From an uncultured Clostridia bacterium (lineage in GTDB: Bacteria; Bacillota; Clostridia; Christensenellales; CAG-138), in NCBI GenBank assembly GCA_946625575.1, contig CAMOTD010000006.1, forward strand, positions 16,251 through 80,250: a stretch of 64,000 bases of DNA, given 5' to 3'. The position numbers and the translations under genes were made by a program. Positions within the stretch are counted from its first letter, which is position 1, and each line of letters opens with the position of its first letter. Shown here piece after piece: positions 56,693-64,000 of this stretch. The notes under the pieces were generated by a model that ran no database searches, was not told the DNA's origin, and was given only the letters and a program-made list of their open reading frames with translations.

Positions 56693-57502
56693 TCAAAAAC
56701 CGATCGAAACAACGCGCTCTATACCGTTAAGATCCTTTACCGTACGGGTCTCGCGCCCGGGAAACAGCGCCCTGACCGCGTCCGCTTCGCCCATGCCGAC
56801 CTCCATTACGAGCGCGCCGCCGGGCAGTATATGCTCCGCGGCGTCGGCGGCGATACGGCGGTAGAGATCGAGCCCGTCCCTGCCCCCCGCGAGGGCGAGC
56901 GCGGGCTCCCGCTTCACCTCTTCCGGCAAATGCGCCATATCTTCATCATTTATATAGGGCGGGTTCGCGGTGACGATATCATACCGCGAAGCGCCGAAGA
57001 ACAGATCCGCCTCGCGTACGGTCACTTCCGCGTCGTTTTTCAGGGCGTTTTCCCTTGCGAGCCGGACGCACGCGGGCGAGATATCCGACGCCTCCGTCCT
57101 TATCCCCGAGAGCTTGTTGAGCGATACCGCGACGCAGCCCGTGCCGGTGCAGATATCGAGAAGCGTTTTATACCCTCTCTCCTTGATGAGCGAAAGCGCC
57201 TCCTCGCAGAGGGTCTCCGTATCCTGCCTCGGTATGAGCGCCGCGGGACTCACGTTGAATTCAAGCCCCATGAAGCTCCATCTGCCCAAAATGTATTGAA
57301 GCGGCTCGCCCGAAAGACGCCTTTTTATCATTTCCTCAACGGCGGAGAGCGCGTCGGCGTCAAGCTCCTTCTCCGAGAGGAATATCCGTGCGCGGTCGAG
57401 CCCGGTCGCTTCCCCGAGCATGATGCGGGCTTCCGTCTCCGCCTCGTTTGAGACGGGCAGAAGCCGCGTTGTTATTTGCTTTATTGCCTCGCGGGGCGTC
57501 AC
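56693..57502 (-). CDS. prmC: release-factor glutamine N5-methyltransferase
   Basis: PLQYILG, LDICTGTGC SAM motif and the NPPY catalytic motif (VTANPPYI). Confidence 0.9.
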   Translation of the reverse strand: MTPREAIKQITTRLLPVSNEAETEARIMLGEATGLDRARIFLSEKELDADALSAVEEMIKRRLSGEPLQYILGRWSFMGLEFNVSPAALIPRQDTETLCEEALSLIKERGYKTLLDICTGTGCVAVSLNKLSGIRTEASDISPACVRLARENALKNDAEVTVREADLFFGASRYDIVTANPPYINDEDMAHLPEEVKREPALALAGGRDGLDLYRRIAADAAEHILPGGALVMEVGMGEADAVRALFPGRETRTVKDLNGIERVVSIGF

Positions 57503-58683
57503 GCCTCTTCCTCCGAAGCGGCGTTTTCCCCCTCCGGTGCGGGTTTTTCCTCCGCAGGACTATCCTCCGCAGGCGGGTCGATGTTAACGACCTCGTCCTC
57601 TTCGGCGGCTTCAGAAGCCTTTGCCCTTTCCTCCGCCTCCTTCTTCAAACGCTCCTCCTCGAGCTTCTTTTCCTCGAGCGGGTTCTTCTCTCCCATGGCG
57701 AGGTAGAAGGAGTAGATGGCGACCTCGAGCATATCGAGATCCGGCTCCCTGGTGGTGATGAGCTGCAGCGCCATGCCCGGCGCGCGGACTATCTTCGTTA
57801 TAATATTATCGCGCTTTGCGGCGGCGCGGAGGACTTCGTAGCTCAGACCCGCAACAAGCGGCAGCGCCACGAGCCTTACGCCGAGGCGGATCAGGAACGC
57901 GAGCGCCTTATGGAGCCCCTCGGGCGGGAAGCCGAGGGAGTGCATCACGATGTCGATGACCGTGTTCACGATGATCGATATCGCCATTACGAGGAACAGA
58001 TAATTCGTGCCGCAGCGCGGGTGGAGACGCTTGTACTTCTTTGCGTTTTCGGGGGTCAGTTCGTCAACGCCCGCCTCATAGCAGGCGATGGTCTTATGCT
58101 CCGCGCCGTGGTACATGAACACGCGGCGGATATCCTTTATGCCCGAAACGGCGAAGAGATAACCGACGTAAATGAGCAGCCTCAAGCCGCCCTCCACGAG
58201 CGAGCGCCAGATATAGAAGGAGTCCTCCGCCGCGCTCGCCGCTTTGCCGAATATGAGCTGCGCGACGAACTGGGGCAGGAACATGAACAGACCGACCGCA
58301 AGCAGTATGCCGAGCACCATACCGACGCCCATGACGGCGTCCATTATGTCTATGTGAAGCTTATCTGCCAGCCATTTTTCAAATTTCGAGGGTTCTTCCT
58401 CAAAATCCTCGCCGAGGAGCTCGGTCGATTTGGAGGTGGTCTCCATACCGGTCTTAAGGCTCTCGATGAACGCCACGACGCCCCTTATTACCGGCAGTCC
58501 GAGGAAGGTGCCCTTCTGCGCCTTCGACCTGTATTTCCTGTAACTCTTTACAATGCTTCCGTCCGCACGGCGCACCGCCATAGCGATGCCCACGTCGGAT
58601 TTCATCATTACGCCCTCCATTACGGCCTGACCGCCGACAGAGCAGCGCCTTACCGCGGGTGCGGTCTTCTCCTTTTTTGCCAT
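57499..58683 (-). CDS. DUF1385 (YqhQ-like) membrane protein with acidic C-terminal extension
   Basis: VGGQAVMEGVMMK and HGAEHKTI motifs typical of DUF1385. There is a Glu/Ala-rich tail of about 70 aa. Confidence 0.7.
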   Translation of the reverse strand: MAKKEKTAPAVRRCSVGGQAVMEGVMMKSDVGIAMAVRRADGSIVKSYRKYRSKAQKGTFLGLPVIRGVVAFIESLKTGMETTSKSTELLGEDFEEEPSKFEKWLADKLHIDIMDAVMGVGMVLGILLAVGLFMFLPQFVAQLIFGKAASAAEDSFYIWRSLVEGGLRLLIYVGYLFAVSGIKDIRRVFMYHGAEHKTIACYEAGVDELTPENAKKYKRLHPRCGTNYLFLVMAISIIVNTVIDIVMHSLGFPPEGLHKALAFLIRLGVRLVALPLVAGLSYEVLRAAAKRDNIITKIVRAPGMALQLITTREPDLDMLEVAIYSFYLAMGEKNPLEEKKLEEERLKKEAEERAKASEAAEEDEVVNIDPPAEDSPAEEKPAPEGENAASEEEA

Positions 58684-58720
58684 CCTTTATCCTTTCAAGG
58701 CAGTCTCCTGCCGATGTTGT

Positions 58721-59875
58721 TCATTCCTGTGTCCAAACGGCGTACAGCGTATGATCGCGCATTTCGGCGATCGGCGTTTCGGGAGTAAGCGGCTCGCCGT
58801 CGTGCGTAAGGCTCCAGCCCTTGAAGGCGTACCCCTGCCTGACGGGAACGGCGTCGAGCGCCTCGCCGTAGGGGAGTATGCTTCCCGACGCGTCCTTTGC
58901 GAACACTATCGCAAGGCTGTTTTCGGGCAGGCTGCCGCCCTTCGGATCGTATGAGATCTCTATCTCGAGCTTGAGATGCCGCTTCGATATCAAACGATAG
59001 AACTTGTAATAGCCGCCGCTTGAATGCAGCTTGTTGGCATAGGCGAGGAAATCGTCCGCCGAACGCGATTTTTTGATCGCGCGCGGGGATATCTCCTCCA
59101 CCGTGTCGACCGTGACCGGCTTTCCGGATGCGTCGGTCTTTATGCCCGTGATGATTATGCAGTGCCCGCGATAGACGGGGCTGCCGTGCTCGTCGACGCC
59201 GCTCGCATGGGCGCAGATCATGGCATCGCCCGGTTCGAGTGCAAGAAGATCGTTATAGGTATATGCGCTCTCATGTCCGCGGGTCGCGGGGACCTGGCGG
59301 CAGACGTTCCAATCCACAGCGTCCGATATGAACATATAGGTCGTCATATGCGGGATCTGCCACGCGTATGAGAGGAACGCGGAGCAATCCGAGCCCAAAA
59401 GCGCGCCCCAGTTGGCGTCCCTCGCCGTCGCCGCCCTTGCGGCAAGATCGAAATCCGATCCGGGCGCGTTGGCGGTCTTTAAGAAATTGGCTATCGAATA
59501 GGCGTACGTGGGAGTCCTGCCGCTGTCCGCGTCGACCCAGCCGATGTACTGCTGCCTGCCGACGAATTCCGTGGCGTTGAAGAGCGCGCTCCTTGAATAG
59601 GGCATGCTGTTTTCAACAACTCCCGCCTGGTATTTCTTATCGGAATTGCAGGCGTAAAAGCTGTACCGGGGAAGCCACGTATTCTCCCCCTCGGGGCTGC
59701 CGAGGAAGGCGAGCCTCAGCGCCCTTTCCACGATTATCTCATTCGCGGCAGGGTATGAAACGCCGGCGGGGGCGCTGTTTGCGGTATTTCCCGCCGCCGC
59801 GAACGAAAAGAACGCGAATACAAGCGCCAGTATCAGCGCAGCCTTTTTTGCCGTTTTTGTCCGATGAATTATCAT
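58721..59875 (-). CDS. secreted protein with papain-fold (NlpC/P60- or amidase-like) Cys/His core and C-terminal InlB-B/Flg_new repeat
   Basis: Signal peptide. GSDCSAFLSYAW (candidate nucleophile Cys) and YRGHCIIITG (candidate His). C-terminal YDPKGGSLP...QGYAFKGWS...DHTLYAVW. It has a 4-nt overlap with the upstream gene. Confidence 0.45.
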   Translation of the reverse strand: MIIHRTKTAKKAALILALVFAFFSFAAAGNTANSAPAGVSYPAANEIIVERALRLAFLGSPEGENTWLPRYSFYACNSDKKYQAGVVENSMPYSRSALFNATEFVGRQQYIGWVDADSGRTPTYAYSIANFLKTANAPGSDFDLAARAATARDANWGALLGSDCSAFLSYAWQIPHMTTYMFISDAVDWNVCRQVPATRGHESAYTYNDLLALEPGDAMICAHASGVDEHGSPVYRGHCIIITGIKTDASGKPVTVDTVEEISPRAIKKSRSADDFLAYANKLHSSGGYYKFYRLISKRHLKLEIEISYDPKGGSLPENSLAIVFAKDASGSILPYGEALDAVPVRQGYAFKGWSLTHDGEPLTPETPIAEMRDHTLYAVWTQE

Positions 59876-61137
59876 TCGTTATTACCTTTGTATTCCCAGG
59901 TTTGACCTGCGTACCCGGCGCTCTTTCTGACGCTGTCGTAATCCGTAAGTATCGCATAAGCCGCACGGGCTTTTTCGACGTCCTCCTTAGTTATGCTCGC
60001 CGGATCGCCGTAGCGCGCCCTTATGTAGATCGCCCTCAGCTCCTCGTCGGTGACCTTCAAAAGCTTCTTCTGCGCCTCGTCGGAGACCTCTGAGCTGGTG
60101 TTGCTGCTTTTGAGCTTGACGCCCCACGTTCTCAAGTAAGTCAGATATTGCGCGTAGATCGCCCTTATCTCGCCCGAATTGGTGCGGCGCTTATGCTTTT
60201 TGGCGCGGCGGAAGCCGGGCACTTCTTCCTCTTCTCCAACGGAGAAGGTGAGATCGTCTTTATAGATATCGCGCGAAGATCTCTTGTTCTTCAAAAGCAA
60301 GATGAGCGCGACGATCAATATCGCGGCGAATATTATAACTGCAACGACCGCCCACGGCGTATCCAGCTTGGGCAGCTCCACGGCAATGCCGTGCGGCTTG
60401 ACGTCCGTCGCTCCGCCGGGGATCACGGGCTCGACGACTTCGGTCGGCTCCGGGGTCGGCGAAGGGGATACCTGCGGTTCCGACATAGTGTACTGGTACA
60501 AGCTGCTCATCACGTAGTAGTAGCCGTAAAGGAACAAGCCGAACAGCCCTGCAATGGGCGTTATGATATAGCTTATATACGGCAGAGCGAATCCGATACC
60601 GCAGCCTATCGCGGCGGCGACAACGACCGGTATAATGAAGAACAGGCAATTTCCGGACTGCCAGCGGAAGCTCTTCACGCTGCCCGTCCTGCAGGCGCGG
60701 AGCGCAAGTATGCCCAGGAGCAGGAACAGCACCACCATGGGCTTGGTCGTCTTATTGCCCACTATAGGGAGGAACGACGTGATCGCCCACACCGGCGTAA
60801 GGCTCGCCAGCGGCATATAGATCCTTCTGTAACGCCATGCCTCGATCGCGTATGCTCCCGATGCGACCGCCGCAGCGGAGTAAACGAGCGGGACCGCGCA
60901 CCCCGAAAGCATTATTACATCCCGTCCGCAGAAAGCAAGCCCCGCAAAGGGGATCAGCATTACGACGAGCCTTAACGCGGGATGGTTCAGCCGCACGGCG
61001 GCAAAGCTTGCCGCAAATATGAGCAGCACAATCACGGCGGCGGGGATCCAGCTGTAACGGAAGGGCCCGAAATGGGACACGATCGCAAAGTAATAGCATG
61101 CCGCGGCGGTGATCCTGAATGAAACGAAGTTCTTCAT
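59872..61137 (-). CDS. polytopic membrane protein with C-terminal DUF4129-like domain
   Basis: Six to eight TM helices and a Pro-rich linker. The C-terminus EIRAIYAQYLTYLRTWGV...LRAIYIRARYG resembles DUF4129, which is normally the tail of TgpA-type transglutaminase membrane proteins. Confidence 0.5.
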   Translation of the reverse strand: MKNFVSFRITAAACYYFAIVSHFGPFRYSWIPAAVIVLLIFAASFAAVRLNHPALRLVVMLIPFAGLAFCGRDVIMLSGCAVPLVYSAAAVASGAYAIEAWRYRRIYMPLASLTPVWAITSFLPIVGNKTTKPMVVLFLLLGILALRACRTGSVKSFRWQSGNCLFFIIPVVVAAAIGCGIGFALPYISYIITPIAGLFGLFLYGYYYVMSSLYQYTMSEPQVSPSPTPEPTEVVEPVIPGGATDVKPHGIAVELPKLDTPWAVVAVIIFAAILIVALILLLKNKRSSRDIYKDDLTFSVGEEEEVPGFRRAKKHKRRTNSGEIRAIYAQYLTYLRTWGVKLKSSNTSSEVSDEAQKKLLKVTDEELRAIYIRARYGDPASITKEDVEKARAAYAILTDYDSVRKSAGYAGQTWEYKGNNE

Positions 61138-62207
61138 TCTTCACCCTCCTCTCCGACGAGCACGCAGGCGGGAACGTCCGAATGCTTATTGATCCACGAG
61201 ACGCACGCGGCGTTCCTTCTCGACATGGTGGGGGTTATGATTATGCAGCCCCTTGAGCCGCGCCCGCCCGCGACGACGCGCTCCGCCAGCTCCTCGAACG
61301 AGAAATACCTGACGAAATTGGATACGCCTATCCTGCGCTGAACGCCGAAGGCGTGCTTCCTGCCCACGCCCTTTTCCATGCTGAAAAGGTCTCCGTTGGA
61401 TATCAGCGCATAGGGGATCTTGTTTTCCTCAAGCTTGTCGATCACAGTTCTGACGAGCGATAAGCAGTGTTCTATCAAACGTTTGTTGGTCAGATCCTCA
61501 ATATTGACGACCACCGCGACGTCGGTATCGACGGTGAAATCGTGGTTCTTTACCATGAGCTGCCCGGTCTTCGCGGTCTGCGCCCAGGATATGTTCTTCA
61601 GCGGTTCATACCCCGTATACTCGCGATAGCCCAGAATAAGATTGGGGTCCTCGTGAATAAAACGGCGCACGGAAACGTCGCCAAGGTATCCGCCGACTGC
61701 CGTGATATCCTGATCTTCGGGCGCGGGAAGCGCCGTGCAGACGACCCTCTTCGGGATATCGTAGCCGCTGGTGACGCTGCTGAATCCCAAAAAATCGCCG
61801 CACTCAACGTAGACCTTGCCGATCTCGTGATGACCGCGGTGCTTGAATGAGATCCTTACCTTGCCCTCATACATCCTGTGAGGCATAAGGAAAAAATCAA
61901 CGGTGAACATCCTGCCGAGATAATTCTCCGTCTTCTCATAGCCGTGGCGGCGGATCCACTCCTCATCCTCCCTGACCTCGACCGCATCGTTCAGAAGGAA
62001 CGATACGCCCGCGCTCATAACGGGAAGTATGGAGGAGTTCCTGACCCGGTAGCTCAGCGTGGCTATTTCGCCAGGCTCCGTAAGCTCCATATTGACGTCG
62101 CACCGGAAAATGAGCTTTTGCGGCAGCCTGTTGACGCTTATCACTTCAATTGTGATGACCACCGCTAAAACGGCGACGATCATCGTAATAATAACGTATA
62201 CCGGCAT
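61134..62207 (-). CDS. DUF58 domain protein (vWA-like, MoxR partner)
   Basis: N-terminal TM, an Ig-like region and the IHEDPNLILGYREYTGYEPLKNISW motif typical of DUF58. The overlap with the moxR stop and its own start is 1 nt. Confidence 0.7.
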   Translation of the reverse strand: MPVYVIITMIVAVLAVVITIEVISVNRLPQKLIFRCDVNMELTEPGEIATLSYRVRNSSILPVMSAGVSFLLNDAVEVREDEEWIRRHGYEKTENYLGRMFTVDFFLMPHRMYEGKVRISFKHRGHHEIGKVYVECGDFLGFSSVTSGYDIPKRVVCTALPAPEDQDITAVGGYLGDVSVRRFIHEDPNLILGYREYTGYEPLKNISWAQTAKTGQLMVKNHDFTVDTDVAVVVNIEDLTNKRLIEHCLSLVRTVIDKLEENKIPYALISNGDLFSMEKGVGRKHAFGVQRRIGVSNFVRYFSFEELAERVVAGGRGSRGCIIITPTMSRRNAACVSWINKHSDVPACVLVGEEGEE

Positions 62208-63145
62208 TATTGTTCAAGGGGTACGGGCAGCTCGTCGAGCAGTTCGGAGATAAAGGTCTCCGAATCCATGTGGCTGCGGGTAATTACAGCTATCCTGTGG
62301 GAAAGCACGGGGATCGCCTCGCGCTTTACGTCCTCCGGTATGACGTAATCGCGGCCCTCCATCGCGGCAGAGATCTGGCTCGCCCTGTAAAGAGCTATGG
62401 TACCCCTCGCGGAGACGCCGTAAGCAAGGCGTTCGCTCTCACGCGTGGCGGTGACTATCGACATGATGTAATCCTTAACGTCGTCGCTGACGTTAACGAG
62501 CTTGTACTCGTTCCTCAGCGTCATCAGTTCCTCCCGGGTGATGCACACGGAAAGCCTGTCGATGATATCCTTCGCGTCCTCGCGGCCCATGATCTGCTTC
62601 TCCTGCTCCTCGGTCATGTAACCGAGCTTCATCTTCATGAAGAAACGGTCGAGCTGCGCTTCGGGCAGCGGGAACGTGCCGTAGGACTCGACTGGGTTCT
62701 GCGTCGCCATGACGATATAGGGCTCCTCCATGCGGAAGGTCTCGCCGTCGATGGAGATCTGCCTCTCCTCCATTACCTCGAGCAGAGCGGACTGGCTCCT
62801 CGGCACGGCGCGGTTGATCTCATCCGCGAGCACTACGTTGGCGAAGAGCGGTCCCTTCCTCAATTCGAACTCGCTCGTTTTCTGGTTGAAGAAATGAATA
62901 CCCGTAAGATCTGTCGGTACGATATCCGGCGTGAACTGGATCCTCTTGAAGTTGCCGCCGATGCTCTTTGCAAAGGCTCTCAACAGCATCGTTTTGCCCG
63001 TGCCGGGGAGATCCTCCAGCAGCACGTGTCCGGAGGCGACGAGGCAGACGCCAAGGCGGCGGATCGCCTCGTCCTTGCCGACGATGACCTGCCCGCAGTT
63101 CTCGATAAGACGCTTCTTGTACTTAACAAAAATATCGGTGTTCAT
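62207..63145 (-). CDS. MoxR-family AAA+ ATPase
   Basis: LLEDLPGTGKT Walker A, VLADEINRA Walker B, and MATQNP sensor. Confidence 0.88.
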   Translation of the reverse strand: MNTDIFVKYKKRLIENCGQVIVGKDEAIRRLGVCLVASGHVLLEDLPGTGKTMLLRAFAKSIGGNFKRIQFTPDIVPTDLTGIHFFNQKTSEFELRKGPLFANVVLADEINRAVPRSQSALLEVMEERQISIDGETFRMEEPYIVMATQNPVESYGTFPLPEAQLDRFFMKMKLGYMTEEQEKQIMGREDAKDIIDRLSVCITREELMTLRNEYKLVNVSDDVKDYIMSIVTATRESERLAYGVSARGTIALYRASQISAAMEGRDYVIPEDVKREAIPVLSHRIAVITRSHMDSETFISELLDELPVPLEQ

Positions 63146-63258
63146 TTTATAACTCTGCCGCTGTAACGCGGTCCTTTCTTGAGATTTTTGTATGATTTTT
63201 CATTATATCACATCCGCGGCAAAACTGCACGCTTTTTTTCTGCAAAGCTCCGTAAATA

Positions 63259-64000
63259 TCAACCGTTCTCTTCGCACGACAATTCCAAAAGCTGCAGCTC
63301 GTCTCCGAGATCGCGAAGGACCGCTTTGCCGTGCGCGATCAGTTTGTACCAGTCCTTTGTCTCCCTGTCTGTTCTATCGGCGTCCTGGAGCGACATCATG
63401 GGCATGATCGGCACGTGCCTCTCCGCTTCCCCAATGCCCCATGCCTCGGGATTGATCTGGTATAATCTGAAATACAGAGTGCAGGTTTCCTCGTCTACGC
63501 TTTCCACAAGCGCAAAGCGGATCGGGAATGAGTACTTTTCGGTCGGATAAGGGGGAACGTTCCAAAAGCAGCCGTCACGGAAAAAGCAGTTAAAGCTCTC
63601 GTTTTCATCGAGCATTATGCTGTAATCCTCCCGATCGGGAGAAATGGTTTTCCCAAAGAAATAGGTCAGCGTTTCATTGACCTGTTCAAGCGTCAGCGTT
63701 CGGCAGGAAACGCCGTTGTCCTGCCGTTCAATGACGGAATCCTTATCGTTCGCTCTTCTGTACCCAAAGACAAATCTTATCAGCTCGGCGTCCTCATCCA
63801 GATCGGTCTTCGTGTCCATGATGTTCTGCTGAACTATGTAGGTTACGAAACGATTCACCCGAATCTGATTCTCGCTGATCTCCCATGCGGGAGGCTTTTG
63901 CGTTTCCTCTGGAACGTCGGTCGTCTCCGCCTGTTCGGTCACCGTCGGTTCGGTCACCGTCGGTTCGGTCACCGTCTGCGCGGGAGCAGCTCCCCGCTTG
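63259..64000 (-). CDS. hypothetical protein, N-terminus probably beyond window edge
   Basis: The frame stays open upstream of the GTG at 63972 to the window end (..AAPAQT-VTEPTVTEPTVTEQ). There is a TEPTV low-complexity linker followed by a globular domain of about 200 aa that I do not recognise. Confidence 0.4.
   Translation of the reverse strand, partial: KRGAAPAQTVTEPTVTEPTVTEQAETTDVPEETQKPPAWEISENQIRVNRFVTYIVQQNIMDTKTDLDEDAELIRFVFGYRRANDKDSVIERQDNGVSCRTLTLEQVNETLTYFFGKTISPDREDYSIMLDENESFNCFFRDGCFWNVPPYPTEKYSFPIRFALVESVDEETCTLYFRLYQINPEAWGIGEAERHVPIMPMMSLQDADRTDRETKDWYKLIAHGKAVLRDLGDELQLLELSCEENG

Noticed and set aside
1-64000. Scan for tRNA/rRNA genes, transposases, integrases, phage, toxin-antitoxin or restriction-modification/defence genes.
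   Set aside because: No T-loop/acceptor-like sequences or rRNA-like stretches were noticed. No ORF shows DDE/tyrosine-recombinase, Cas, methyltransferase-endonuclease or other defence hallmarks. The window reads as syntenic core genome.

Overview
This is a GC-rich (judged by eye, not computed), densely coding chromosomal segment. It looks like a Clostridia-type anaerobe (inference). The basis is three dockerin-bearing exoproteins, a nine-gene V/A-type ATPase operon, Bacillus-like prfA-prmC-ywlC-rpiB-upp synteny, and a YjcZ-like Cys/Gly mini-protein. I support about 60 CDS. Housekeeping content: galK; atpH/I/K/E/C/F/A/B/D; murC; lgt; udk; lepB; gcvT-gcvH-gcvPA-gcvPB; a BMP-type nucleoside ABC transporter; the nfeD-floA membrane-raft module; two nitrilase-superfamily hydrolases; and a MoxR-DUF58-DUF4129 module. 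I saw no rRNA, tRNA, CRISPR array, transposase, integrase, phage or toxin-antitoxin genes, so this reads as core genome rather than an island. I cannot point to a clear-cut new multi-gene system. The items most worth a second look are: (1) a ~400-bp composite tandem-repeat block (48-bp and 64-bp units carrying conserved hairpins, one with a compensatory stem change) that splits the V-ATPase operon between atpF and atpA; (2) an operon-embedded PqqD-like / HPr-kinase-like P-loop / S24-S26 peptidase trio with no visible precursor or core maturase; (3) a 72-aa internally duplicated Cys/Gly/Asn-rich double-TM mini-protein; (4) a lipoprotein fusing RCC1-like repeats, a dockerin and a class-B sortase domain; (5) a catalytically dead signal-peptidase paralogue next to lepB and a 700-aa polytopic membrane protein; (6) an ABC permease fused to DUF975. 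All family assignments come from reading motifs in the supplied translations, with no database search. Many long ORFs in the track are antisense shadows of real genes, as expected in high-GC DNA, and were rejected.
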